A program made the position numbers and the translations under genes. Under the pieces are notes generated by a model that saw nothing but the letters and a program-made list of their open reading frames with translations, ran no database searches and was not told the origin of the DNA. DNA of 63,079 bases, counting the filler. It is 6 parts of 6 records of this genome, joined end to end, with 100 filler letters (N's around TTAATTAATTAA, not from the genome) between each part and the next. Parts side by side here need not be neighbours in the genome. Positions count along the whole stretch, not along the records: positions 1 to 10,979 come from SRR31156797_22697; 5 more parts are not named here. One strand, written 5' to 3'. This document shows positions 1-9,799 of the stretch, in pieces. How positions within the stretch are numbered: the stretch's first letter is position 1; every line of letters starts with the position of its first letter.

Positions 1-164
1 TGTATCAAAAAGAAACTAAAATTTATCTATCAAACAGGCTTCTATATTTATTAAATTTATTAATTTCAGATAAGTAATTCGCACATATCATACAACGCAG
101 TCTACTGTTTATTAAGGCTTTGATCAAAACAATTACTATTTGTCAAAACTTTTTTATTTTTTGT

Positions 165-193
165 TTGACAAAATGAAAAAATAGGTGTATACT
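165..193 (+). promoter_or_regulatory. sigma70-type promoter upstream of the cheY-like gene
   Basis: TTGACA (165-170), 17-nt spacer, TATACT (188-193). Confidence 0.75.
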
Positions 194-255
194 TAGTTTA
201 GAAAAAGAAATAAAAAAATAATTTTATATTTACAAATAGAAATGGGGAGAGAATA

Positions 256-609
256 ATGAAAAGGGTATTATTAGTAGACGATTCTGATTTTATGAGAATG
301 ATGCTTAAATCAATTTTAACAACGAACGGATTTGAAATAATTGGAGAAGCACAAGACGGATCTGAGGCTATCAGAAAATATAAAAAATTAAATCCGGATA
401 TTGTTACTATGGATATAACAATGCCCGGGAAAAACGGAATAGACGCTACTAAAGAGATCATTGAATTTGACCCAAAAGCAAATATTGTAATGCTTAGTGC
501 TATTACACAAAAAAGATATGTTGTAGAATCATTAAGATTAGGTGCTAAAGAGTTTTTATTCAAACCTTTAAATCCTGAATTAGTATTATCAGTTATGAAC
601 TCTTTGTAA
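256..609 (+). CDS. cheY: Stand-alone response regulator receiver, CheY-like
   Basis: VLLVDDS, DIVTMDITMP (phospho-acceptor Asp) and FKP motifs; GGGGAG RBS; chemoreceptor nearby. Confidence 0.85.
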   Translation: MKRVLLVDDSDFMRMMLKSILTTNGFEIIGEAQDGSEAIRKYKKLNPDIVTMDITMPGKNGIDATKEIIEFDPKANIVMLSAITQKRYVVESLRLGAKEFLFKPLNPELVLSVMNSL

Positions 610-667
610 GTATAGATGGCTAAAAGAAACTTAAAACAATGTGATTGAAAAAAAGGAGTGAGTGTTT

Positions 668-781
668 ATGAAAAGGAAAACTACAAATCTAATGTTAAAA
701 TCTGCATGTTCGGCTATTATTGGTATTAATGTTCTTTTATTTATCACAACAACTGTAAAATACATTGAGTATATTTTTTAA
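668..781 (+). CDS. Small hydrophobic protein, 37 aa (MKRKTTNLMLKSACSAIIGINVLLFITTTVKYIEYIF)
   Basis: Hand translation; AAGGAGTG RBS; ungapped similarity to the next small ORF. Confidence 0.65.
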   Translation: MKRKTTNLMLKSACSAIIGINVLLFITTTVKYIEYIF

Positions 782-822
782 AAATATATAAATTGTATGT
801 GTATTTTTAAGGAGTGAATATT

Positions 823-924
823 ATGCACGAAAAACTTATAGCGTTATTATTGAAACCAATGACAGTTTTATTACTTATTGCAAACATCTTATTTTTTATC
901 AAAACCTTTATTAGGTATATATAA
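823..924 (+). CDS. Small hydrophobic protein, 33 aa (MHEKLIALLLKPMTVLLLIANILFFIKTFIRYI)
   Basis: Hand translation; AAGGAGTG RBS; similar to 668-781. Confidence 0.65.
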   Translation: MHEKLIALLLKPMTVLLLIANILFFIKTFIRYI

Positions 925-979
925 CATTCACATTTTTGATTCAAAGGAAATTAATTTTTAAGCGAAAGGGGTGTTTAAA

Positions 980-1084
980 ATGTTTATTATTATCGCTAAT
1001 ATTTTGGATAGATTAGCAGAAATTTTACTACTTCCCAAAAAAAAAGCACCGGTAAGAGCAAAAGTAAGAGTACGATCAAAATAA
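980..1084 (+). CDS. Small protein, 34 aa, basic C-terminus (MFIIIANILDRLAEILLLPKKKAPVRAKVRVRSK)
   Basis: Hand translation; AAGGGGTG RBS; directly followed by a terminator. Confidence 0.6.
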   Translation: MFIIIANILDRLAEILLLPKKKAPVRAKVRVRSK

Positions 1085-1104
1085 AATTATTCAAAATCCC
1101 TAAG

Positions 1105-1141
1105 AAATAAGTCTGTAAATTATTTTACAGGCTTATTTTTT
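1105..1141 (+). terminator. Intrinsic terminator
   Basis: AAATAAGTCTGTAAA / TTTACAGGCTTATTT stem followed by a T-run. Confidence 0.75.
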
Positions 1142-1219
1142 AACAAATTTTTAGCGCACTTATTTATTTTTTACTTATTATTTTACATTCTAACGTTAGA
1201 ATGTTAGGAGGAGATTATT

Positions 1220-3034
1220 ATGAAATTAAAAGGCAAAATCCTATGGTTGAACACTTCAAGTATTGTTTTACTGGCAATTATAATAACTAGCGTGAACTTA
1301 TTTTTTATGTCAAAACAAGTTAAAGAGATATCACAACTTGGAAGGGAAACAATTATTGCTGATAAAGAGGATGAGTTAAAACATTTAATTGGTATAACAG
1401 AATCTATAATTAACGCCAAAATGAATAATCCTGAATCAGAAGAAGTCAAAAAAGAGATGATATTAACGGAATTAGAGAAATTAAGATACAGTAAAAGTGG
1501 TTATTATTTCGGATTTGATGTTAATAGCTCTGATACAAAATGGCTATTTCACGGAGTTAGCACTAATAGAAGAGGTACGAGAGCTGATATTGATGCCATT
1601 GCTGATACAAATGGTATCAAATATATAAAAGAGATGGTTGAAGGCGCACAAAAACATGGTGCTCATTTTGTAGCTTACATGTATAACAACCCTGCTTCCG
1701 GTAAAGAAGAGGAGAAATTAGCCTATGCACTCTATATACCTGAATATAAATGGATAATCGGTACAGGATTTTATGTTGAGGATGTTAACAGCAGTGTTAA
1801 TCTCCTAACTAAAAAATTAAAAAAATCATTTAATCACCAAGGAGTAATTACAAATACAGTTTTTATTATCTCTGTAATAATATTAACTTTAATCTCAATA
1901 ATTTTCTCAAATAAAATCACTAAACCAATAAATTTATTAAAAAATAATCTCGATAAAATAGCTGACGGGGATCTCAATGTTAATATTGAAATAAAATCAA
2001 AAGACGAAATTGGTGAACTTGGTAATACATTTAATAATTTCTCATCTAATCTTCGTAACACTATTATGAATATTAAAACAATGTCTAATCATGTAGAAGA
2101 ACAAAATCTTGAACTGTTTAAAGTAATGGAGAATCTCGTTTATGGTAACAAATCTAAAACTTATTCAAATAATAATTCTTTCATAGATAGTGGAATTGTT
2201 CAACTAGATCAGCAAATTACAGAAGTACTGGATAATGTGCGAAATCAGACAGCTTCTTCTGAAGAATCTTTAGCCTCACTTGAAGAGATTTCCGCAACAA
2301 GTGATAATATGGCTACCAGTACAAAGGAAGCTGCAAATGCATTTGATACTACTTCGGATCTGATTTCCAGAAATCTTGCTGATATTGAAAATATGAGTGA
2401 AGGAATGGAGAGCATTAATGATAGTGTCTCGAAAACAAATACTGAAATAGAGAAATTAAAAGTTCTATCAATCGATATAGAGAATATCTTAACTGCAATT
2501 AACAGCATCTCGGAGCAAACAAACCTACTTGCACTTAATGCCGCTATTGAAGCAGCAAGAGCAGGTGAAGCTGGTAGAGGATTTGCTGTAGTAGCTGAGG
2601 AGATCAAAAAACTCGCTGAAGGAACCGGTAAGGAAACTAAAAAAATCGAAAACATTATTTCACAGATTCAAAGAGAAGTTGAAAGTGTTAAATTGTCAGG
2701 AGAGGTTTCATCTGAGAAAGTTATAGAGGGATTAGAACTGATGAAAATTTCAGAAGAAAATACTGTTAAAATTTCTGAATTAACTACTCAAAATAATATT
2801 CAGATAAATGAAATAATGAATGCTTCACACGAGCAGAGTCTTGCGTCAAAGGAGATCACCGCTGCAATAACTACAATTACAGAGAGTTCAACTGAAATAG
2901 AATCATTAAGCCATGATACTGCTGAAATTTCCAAAACGATTCAGGAAGTTTTGATGCAAAGACAACAAACTGTTGAGGAGTTAGCAGATATGGCTCAAGA
3001 GCTAAAAAAAGATCTTGAATTTTTCAAAGTTTAA
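1220..3034 (+). CDS. Methyl-accepting chemotaxis protein (TM-Cache-TM-HAMP-signalling domain)
   Basis: [34 protein letters not shown] hairpin tip; HAMP DEIGEL; Cache-type WIIGTGFY. Confidence 0.95.
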   Translation: MKLKGKILWLNTSSIVLLAIIITSVNLFFMSKQVKEISQLGRETIIADKEDELKHLIGITESIINAKMNNPESEEVKKEMILTELEKLRYSKSGYYFGFDVNSSDTKWLFHGVSTNRRGTRADIDAIADTNGIKYIKEMVEGAQKHGAHFVAYMYNNPASGKEEEKLAYALYIPEYKWIIGTGFYVEDVNSSVNLLTKKLKKSFNHQGVITNTVFIISVIILTLISIIFSNKITKPINLLKNNLDKIADGDLNVNIEIKSKDEIGELGNTFNNFSSNLRNTIMNIKTMSNHVEEQNLELFKVMENLVYGNKSKTYSNNNSFIDSGIVQLDQQITEVLDNVRNQTASSEESLASLEEISATSDNMATSTKEAANAFDTTSDLISRNLADIENMSEGMESINDSVSKTNTEIEKLKVLSIDIENILTAINSISEQTNLLALNAAIEAARAGEAGRGFAVVAEEIKKLAEGTGKETKKIENIISQIQREVESVKLSGEVSSEKVIEGLELMKISEENTVKISELTTQNNIQINEIMNASHEQSLASKEITAAITTITESSTEIESLSHDTAEISKTIQEVLMQRQQTVEELADMAQELKKDLEFFKV

Positions 3035-3058
3035 TAATTTATAAATTTATACTTTTCA

Positions 3059-3104
3059 TAAAATTAAAGAATAGAGACTCGCAGGTCTCTATTCTTTAAT
3101 TTTT
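3059..3104. terminator. Bidirectional intrinsic terminator
   Basis: AAATTAAAGAATAGAGAC / GTCTCTATTCTTTAATTT inverted repeat between convergent genes. Confidence 0.85.
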
Positions 3105-3114
3105 GTATTATTTC

Positions 3115-4587
3115 CTAGAAACTAATTCCAAGTACAAACTCTATATCTGCACCCATTCCTATAGTTGTATATTCTGCATCATCAGGCCCCAGATATGAGT
3201 TAAAATTCAAGCTCATTGCCAGATCATTGATATCTGCATAACTTAAACCTGTTGAGAAAATACCTGAACTGTCATTTAAGTTCGATATCAAGTTAAGATT
3301 CAAAGTAAGCTCATCTCTTTTTAAGAACTCACTTATAGAAGTAAATATAGCCGCATAATATTTCGAATGCATATTCGCTTCATAGTATCCACCTGCAAGC
3401 AGAGCACCTGCATGTGTTGAGTAATATGGCTCTTCAGTTATAGATAATGTTCCGTCAGCTGAATCCTGATTCACACTATCATAAGATAATTCTGTAGCAT
3501 AAACAGTGTCATCTTCGAAAATATTATCTTCATACCCGGAATGATTATAGAAGAACTCACCTGTTACGCTAATCTTGTCATTTTCATCTTTATAATCATA
3601 ACTTTTAGTAAATCCAACTGTTACTCTCGGGATTAAACCATCCTCTTCATACTCAGTTAAAGTTCCATTCTCTACTTTTAGTTTTTTCTGATTAGCACCA
3701 TTTGATAAACTAATCTCTCCTATTACATCTACATCATCAACTCTGGTTGAGATATCATAACCCAGTACAGGTTTATAGTCTGCTTTTGACCACATAGACA
3801 CAGCCATCTCAGTATTTTTAACCATAAATTCAGCCTTTGCAGCTCCACCAAATTCATTTATATTTTCCGCATCTGTCGAATCAATAAATACATAATAATT
3901 TTTTTCTGCACCTTGAGGAATATGAGCTTTTAATCCATATACTCCCTCTCTTGCACCAGCTTCACTTAAGAAGCTCTTTTTATCAATATTTATAAGATCT
4001 GTAGGATTCCACAAGTAACCTCTTCCCCACTGTAATACCTGTTTACCTATTCTGTAATATACTTTTTTATCATTATTTACATCTACAAATATCTCTTTTA
4101 AATTATATTTTGTATTAACTTCCGTTGTCGCATCTACTTCCGTTACTCCCAGATCAACAGTAGAAGTTTCATCCGTTCCGTTTGGATAATAATCTACCTG
4201 AATATTTGCGAAACCTTTCATGTTTTTCTTAAGCCTGATATCTATTAAAAAATTACCTGTTACATAGTTTTCAAACTCATTATCATCAAAGTCTCCGTCA
4301 CCTTGCAGGTAGTCTCGGTTAAGTGAGTAACTTGTAACTGCTTGCAATTCTCCTGAAAAGCTGATTTTATCTTGCTCTGTCTCCAGTGAAATAATCTCAT
4401 TATTTACAATATTAGTATTTTCAACTACTGTAGCTTCCATATCCTCAAACATAAGGCTTTCATCAAAGGCAAACGGGTCATCAGATAACAACATGTCATC
4501 CTCTCCATATGAAATATTAGTTAGTATGAGATAACCGGCAAGAAATGCAAAACAATATCTAAATATATTATTATTAAAAAATTTCAT
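3115..4587 (-). CDS. Putative outer-membrane beta-barrel protein
   Basis: Signal peptide; IGKQVLQWGRGYLWNPTD motif; C-terminal Phe (LGISF); last gene of the ABC/LolA-like operon. Confidence 0.65.
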   Translation of the reverse strand: MKFFNNNIFRYCFAFLAGYLILTNISYGEDDMLLSDDPFAFDESLMFEDMEATVVENTNIVNNEIISLETEQDKISFSGELQAVTSYSLNRDYLQGDGDFDDNEFENYVTGNFLIDIRLKKNMKGFANIQVDYYPNGTDETSTVDLGVTEVDATTEVNTKYNLKEIFVDVNNDKKVYYRIGKQVLQWGRGYLWNPTDLINIDKKSFLSEAGAREGVYGLKAHIPQGAEKNYYVFIDSTDAENINEFGGAAKAEFMVKNTEMAVSMWSKADYKPVLGYDISTRVDDVDVIGEISLSNGANQKKLKVENGTLTEYEEDGLIPRVTVGFTKSYDYKDENDKISVTGEFFYNHSGYEDNIFEDDTVYATELSYDSVNQDSADGTLSITEEPYYSTHAGALLAGGYYEANMHSKYYAAIFTSISEFLKRDELTLNLNLISNLNDSSGIFSTGLSYADINDLAMSLNFNSYLGPDDAEYTTIGMGADIEFVLGISF

Positions 4588-4596
4588 ATTTCCCCT

Positions 4597-5031
4597 CTAC
4601 TTTCCTATGTAAACTAACTCGATTCCCATTTCAAGTAGTTCAGAACCATGTTTAAACAGCGCTTTTTTAAAGTTTGGTGGACCCATTTTACTTACATTAT
4701 TGTTGGATGTTCCGTAACCTTCTTTTGGAATAAATAATTTGAAATCCATTTTATCATTATTATTTTCATCATGAAAAATAATTATCGCATACTCGCCATA
4801 CTCGATATTTTCAAATGTTGCTTCCGCTTCTTCATTATTTATTTCAGCCAAAATCCCCACTTTTGGTTTTCCTTTACTTTGAAACTCCTTCTTAGTTTTA
4901 CAAAGTGCCATCATAACTTTTCCGTCATTATTTTTTAAGTTGCTAACTATTACTTTTATATCGCCTTTTTCTCCGTTTGCGATGAGTGATAAACTCATCA
5001 TCAAACAAAACAAAATAATTAATTTTTTCAT
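4597..5031 (-). CDS. DUF2141 family exported protein
   Basis: Signal peptide; GEYAIIIFHDENNNDKMD...PKEGYGTSNN...GPPNFKKA. Confidence 0.85.
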   Translation of the reverse strand: MKKLIILFCLMMSLSLIANGEKGDIKVIVSNLKNNDGKVMMALCKTKKEFQSKGKPKVGILAEINNEEAEATFENIEYGEYAIIIFHDENNNDKMDFKLFIPKEGYGTSNNNVSKMGPPNFKKALFKHGSELLEMGIELVYIGK

Positions 5032-5086
5032 ATTAGTATTTACTCCTGTTTTATTAAAAATAATAATTATAGCAGCATGACTTACA

Positions 5087-5857
5087 CTATTTACTTAAAT
5101 TTTCTAAATATGCTTTTGTAAATAAAGAATCATCTAACTTCTCAGTTGAAATCCCCGATATTTGAACAAGTGTCTTATTTCCCTTTTCAAATTCATCTAC
5201 AAATAACATTTTTATTGCAACATATCTTTCATCAACTATAGTATATTTAGTGTAATAAGCTGTCTCCATTAAAGTCCCGCTTGCCGAATATGATTGCTCT
5301 TTTAGAGATAAATAATTATCTTTTCTTACGTAGAATACTTTTTTAGGATAATCAACATCTCTTTTTATTGCATTAACTTCCAGTCTGTAAACAGGAATTT
5401 TACCTAACATCTCTTCTGTAATCTTATCATTCCCGTTTTCATCTTTCACACCTTCATAGAGTTCAGTAGCTTTTTTCATCTCGAAATCATCACTATTTGC
5501 ATCTGTTCCGGCAATACTCTCATCTCTGTTAATGTGTTGAAATGTTCTTGTATTCCTTCTGTACATCCAGAAGTTATCCCCCATTCTCAGGTAACCGTTA
5601 CCCTTTTCATTTTCAGGTGCCAACATTACCAGTATAAAAGCATCGTCACTATCTCTTCTGTAATAGATCATTTCCGTTTGCTTAACACCTTGATTAACTT
5701 TTTTTTGAGTCATTACAACTTTTGCTCTTAGATCTGATGTCATCTCCTGCAATCTGTCAAATTCAGTTAACACTTCATGTATTGTCGGTATAGCAAATGT
5801 CGATGCTGCCATTAGCATAAACATTGCAATTCCAAGTAAACTCTTCTTAATTCTCAT
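5087..5857 (-). CDS. Outer-membrane lipoprotein-sorting (LolA-like) protein
   Basis: Signal peptide; APENEKGNGYL...WMY...GTD pattern; FTKAYL end; operon context. Confidence 0.8.
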   Translation of the reverse strand: MRIKKSLLGIAMFMLMAASTFAIPTIHEVLTEFDRLQEMTSDLRAKVVMTQKKVNQGVKQTEMIYYRRDSDDAFILVMLAPENEKGNGYLRMGDNFWMYRRNTRTFQHINRDESIAGTDANSDDFEMKKATELYEGVKDENGNDKITEEMLGKIPVYRLEVNAIKRDVDYPKKVFYVRKDNYLSLKEQSYSASGTLMETAYYTKYTIVDERYVAIKMLFVDEFEKGNKTLVQISGISTEKLDDSLFTKAYLENLSK

Positions 5858-5900
5858 TTGTAACTCCTCTCTAAAAAAATACTTTATTTTTATAATTTTC

Positions 5901-6044
5901 CTATTCTGCTTTTATTTGCAATTCTTCACTATCAATTTCCTTTTTTGTTGTCTCTGTATTACTCTGCTGCAAAGAAGCCGGAACTAACCAATCTCCTAAT
6001 AGAAACAATGAAACCAAAGCTTCTCCATCTATCTCTCTACTCAT
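5901..6044 (-). CDS. Small acidic protein, 47 aa (MSREIDGEALVSLFLLGDWLVPASLQQSNTETTKKEIDSEELQIKAE)
   Basis: Hand translation; AAGGAG RBS upstream of ATG; fills the gap inside the operon, same strand. Confidence 0.55.
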   Translation of the reverse strand: MSREIDGEALVSLFLLGDWLVPASLQQSNTETTKKEIDSEELQIKAE

Positions 6045-6069
6045 TTTTAACTCCTTTTATTTAAATCAA

Positions 6070-7854
6070 CTACTCATAATGTCTAAGCGCATCTGCCGGT
6101 GACATATTTGCTGCTCTTCTTGCCGGGAAAAATGCTGTAACAACTGCAATTATATGAATAACAATTACATTTGAAAGTATTCCCTCTATTGTAGGCAGGA
6201 AGTGCAAACTTTTATTTACAAGTAACATTCCTAAAGGATTTCCATCAGCATTAAAATTAATTCTACCTAACAGATACATCACTACAAATGCAAGAATTAC
6301 ACCTATTATTGATGAGAAAAGTGTTAGGAAAAAAGTTTCAAGTATAAATACATTTCTAACATCTCTCTTTTTCATACCTATTGCTCTTGATGTTCCTATC
6401 TCTCTGGTTCTCTCTTTAATAGTCATTCTAAGTGTATTGATTACCCCTATTAAAATTATAAAGAACAGAATTATTACAGCAAATAGTGTGATTAAATTCA
6501 GTGCTGATTCCAATTTCAAAATATCACTGGCACTTTCATACATTGAGTTTACATCTACTGTTACACCTTTATATTTCATTTTTGCAATATCTTTTAACTT
6601 TTTCTCCAGATCATCAGTTGATTGACTTCTTTCAAGCAATATCCATTCTGTAGCTAAGTGCTGATAAAGCTCATCACTGCTTTGAGGCACATATGCATCA
6701 CTATATCCATCTACAAGCTCAGGAAGATCGTTATAGTAAGTATCATAGAGTCTTTGTTCATTCATCAATACAACTCTATCTCCTGTTAATCCTTCAGGAT
6801 CAAATATTCCGTTTACTTTGTATTTTACTGTTGTATTTTTATCCTCTAATTTGTTTTTATAAGTAAATCTAAACTCATCATCTACTTTCAATCCTGTTTC
6901 ATCAGCTATGATTTTAGAGATTGCAACTCCGCCTTTTTTAGTAACTTCTGACATCTCGCCAGATACAAGCTTCATGTTATTAGTTATATAATCTATACTC
7001 TCCTCTGCACTTTTAAAACCAAGTACTGTAATTCTATCAGCCTCTTTTAAACTCTCAACTGTTTTAACTCTTCCAAATTTAATAGCTAAACCAGAGTTAA
7101 GAACTGAGTGAATTTTATCAGCATACATTTTTGCTTTTGACGGATCTTTTAGATTTACCTGAATTACACCGGTTTCAAAACTTCTATATGCCATCAGCTC
7201 TTTCAGATTATCTTTACTAACGAAAAGTACCGTGTCCATAAATATATTTGAGTTCTTTACAACTCCTACTATTGTTATTGTTGCAGCCTGCCATTGTCCA
7301 AATACATTTTGGAAACGTGCTTTAACATTATCTCCAACTTTAACATTTAATTTTTCAGCCTTTTGATCTGAGATAATTCCGGGATTAGCAACATCAGTTC
7401 GATTCATATCATCCCAGCTTCCCTCTACAACAGAGAACTGCTCCTGAAACTCTTTTTCTCTTTTCGCTGATACATTTCTATTCCCGCTAAAATCAAGTCC
7501 TACTATGACTATATTATCTGATCTTCCATTACCTATTGCTCTGGTAAATACTCCGATACTCTCTGAGTAACTCTCTACTTCTTCGTCAGGAATTATATCA
7601 TTTACTAATTTATCTATTCTCTCTTTATCTCTGAAAATTTGTGTCTGCGTTCCACCTTTTTCGTGAAAATCTATTGCTATATGACCAGCTACATAAGTAA
7701 CTATCTTATTAAACATTACATCTGATATTCCTTTTGAGAATGAGTTCGCAGTTACCAGTATAGTTACTCCTAGAGCAATTGCTATTCCCAAAAGCATATT
7801 TCTTCTCTTTTGCCTGAACAAGTTTCTCAGACTAAGATTTATTAAAAGTCTCAT
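6070..7854 (-). CDS. ABC transporter permease, FtsX/LolE/MacB type
   Basis: LRNLFRQKRR start; ERTREIGTSRAIGM; PARRAANMSPADALR; long periplasmic region. Confidence 0.9.
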   Translation of the reverse strand: MRLLINLSLRNLFRQKRRNMLLGIAIALGVTILVTANSFSKGISDVMFNKIVTYVAGHIAIDFHEKGGTQTQIFRDKERIDKLVNDIIPDEEVESYSESIGVFTRAIGNGRSDNIVIVGLDFSGNRNVSAKREKEFQEQFSVVEGSWDDMNRTDVANPGIISDQKAEKLNVKVGDNVKARFQNVFGQWQAATITIVGVVKNSNIFMDTVLFVSKDNLKELMAYRSFETGVIQVNLKDPSKAKMYADKIHSVLNSGLAIKFGRVKTVESLKEADRITVLGFKSAEESIDYITNNMKLVSGEMSEVTKKGGVAISKIIADETGLKVDDEFRFTYKNKLEDKNTTVKYKVNGIFDPEGLTGDRVVLMNEQRLYDTYYNDLPELVDGYSDAYVPQSSDELYQHLATEWILLERSQSTDDLEKKLKDIAKMKYKGVTVDVNSMYESASDILKLESALNLITLFAVIILFFIILIGVINTLRMTIKERTREIGTSRAIGMKKRDVRNVFILETFFLTLFSSIIGVILAFVVMYLLGRINFNADGNPLGMLLVNKSLHFLPTIEGILSNVIVIHIIAVVTAFFPARRAANMSPADALRHYE

Positions 7855-7868
7855 TTTCAGACCTCCTA

Positions 7869-8091
7869 TATTTAATTTAGTAATTCTTAAGCTTTGAACA
7901 AATTACTAATGCTTTTATAGTTATTTGTGAAAAAGCTTCTAGAATTTCAATTTCAATTTACTATTTAATTTAGAAAATCTTAAATTATTGAATGAATCAC
8001 CAATGCTTTAATGGTTATTCATGAAAAGAATTTTTTAGATTTTCGAATTCAATTATATTTAATTTAGTAATTTTTAAGCTTTATTTAATTT
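7869..8091. repeat. Imperfect AT-rich tandem repeat, 93-94 bp unit, about 2.4 copies
   Basis: TATTTAATTTAG recurs at 7869, 7962 and 8056 with collinear similarity downstream. Confidence 0.7.
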
Positions 8092-8098
8092 CAAAACT

Positions 8099-8154
8099 GT
8101 AGGGGTGTATTGATATACACCCAAATCGTTGGGCGTATGTCGATACGCCCCTAC
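8099..8154. repeat. GTAG-type REP doublet (REPIN-like)
   Basis: GTAG-GGGTGTAT-N4-ATACACCC, 8-nt spacer, GGGCGTAT-N4-ATACGCCC-CTAC. Confidence 0.8.
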
Positions 8155-8173
8155 GAGATTTTTTTTGGGGTGC

Positions 8174-9766
8174 TTAATCTCTTGAAATTGCATCAAGTGG
8201 CGTTATCTCACTAGCTACTTTCATTGGGTAAATCATCGCAATAAGAGTAACAACTAATAACTGAACGATACCTAAACCAATATCACTTAAAAGTATCACT
8301 GGTGTGAATTTATCTCCACCATACACTAGTTGTAAAATCTCATTTGTAGTTGTTATATTCATTGATGAAATGATAAGTACAAGAACAAGTCCACTTGCAA
8401 TTCCTAAACCACCAAAGAAAAATGATAATAGAGCAGTTTCATTTAGGAACATAAATCTGATAAATCTCTTTTTAGCTCCAATTGCTCTCATCATACCTAT
8501 CTCTGATGTTCTCTCAAGCGCAGTCATTGTAAGTGTATTAACTATAATTATTACCGCTACAAAGAATACGAACATAACAAACATAAATAATGCTCCTCTA
8601 ATAAGAGTTGCCATATTCCCAATAAATCCTGCTGCTTTTTTCCAGGTAATTGCTCTGGCTCCCTGTACAACTCTACCATCTTTGAACTCTTTATCATAAG
8701 AGATTTTCCCGCCAAAACCTCTTTCTTCAAGTTTTTGGTTTAATTTCTCAACTGCTTCTTCTCTATTTACACCATCTTTTAATCTGATAAATACCATGTT
8801 GTAAGCTCCAGCCTCAACATCAATATCTCCTTCATAAATTGATTCATCAACAGTGAAATCAATATCCTCAGTATTTATCGCTTCTCCGGTATCAATTGCA
8901 AACATATCCTCTTCAGCGAACATTGCATCAAGTGATTCTTCATCAAAAGTAAGCGCTTGCTCCTTCTCTTCATCTAATTCTACTGTTTCAGCAGCACTAA
9001 AATACCCCAGACAGTTTCTATATGATTCTATATCAGTAAACATAAATGTTCCCCAATAATTATTAAGTGCACGATATTTTATAATTCCTTTTACAGGTAA
9101 TCTAATATCTGTTGTACTGTTTGTTTCATTAAATCCCATGAAGACAAGATCCTCTTTATATGTCATCTCTTCTTCATTATCAAAATCTTCTTTGGCCTCT
9201 TTTGTAAAGTTATCTTTTATTACTCCGTCTTTTTCTGTAACTACCCAAAGTCCTGTAGAGTTATAAAAATCTTTACGACCTCCGGTACCTACTAAAACTC
9301 CCTTTGTTTCATTATCTATATAGTCTCCCTCTATTACCTCAATATTGTTAGGAAACATCTTAGCATATTCGTCAAAATCTACTCCCAGAATATAAGTATA
9401 TCCCGGTTCTCCCCCTTCTTCATTTAGAGCCATTGCCATGTTTTTCCCCACCGGTAAGAATTTCTCTATATAATCCTCTTCCAATAAGATGTCTTTTAGA
9501 TCTTTATAATTATAAATTGCTTCTATTGCTTCTCCCATCATCCCGAAAAGCACACTGTCTTGTGTTTGTTTATCAGAGATAAGAACTATATCTCCGGTAA
9601 ATCCATTGACTATATTTTTTTCAAGCCCTAAGTTCATACCTGAAATCACACTATTTCCAACAGTCATAAGTAAAGCACCTAGAAATAAGATTATTCCTAT
9701 TACAAAACTTTTCCCCTTATGCCTGAATATATTTCTCCATGCTATTTTTAATACAAGCATTTTCAT
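8174..9766 (-). CDS. ABC transporter permease, FtsX/LolE type
   Basis: AWRNIFRHK; ERTSEIGMMRAIGA; ITPLDAI. Confidence 0.9.
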   Translation of the reverse strand: MKMLVLKIAWRNIFRHKGKSFVIGIILFLGALLMTVGNSVISGMNLGLEKNIVNGFTGDIVLISDKQTQDSVLFGMMGEAIEAIYNYKDLKDILLEEDYIEKFLPVGKNMAMALNEEGGEPGYTYILGVDFDEYAKMFPNNIEVIEGDYIDNETKGVLVGTGGRKDFYNSTGLWVVTEKDGVIKDNFTKEAKEDFDNEEEMTYKEDLVFMGFNETNSTTDIRLPVKGIIKYRALNNYWGTFMFTDIESYRNCLGYFSAAETVELDEEKEQALTFDEESLDAMFAEEDMFAIDTGEAINTEDIDFTVDESIYEGDIDVEAGAYNMVFIRLKDGVNREEAVEKLNQKLEERGFGGKISYDKEFKDGRVVQGARAITWKKAAGFIGNMATLIRGALFMFVMFVFFVAVIIIVNTLTMTALERTSEIGMMRAIGAKKRFIRFMFLNETALLSFFFGGLGIASGLVLVLIISSMNITTTNEILQLVYGGDKFTPVILLSDIGLGIVQLLVVTLIAMIYPMKVASEITPLDAISRD

Positions 9767-9799
9767 TTCACCTCTTTTTATTATGAGTTCTATAAATCT

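Noticed and set aside
7869-8091. CRISPR array
   Set aside because: Similarity spans the whole unit with no unique spacers, under three copies, and no cas genes
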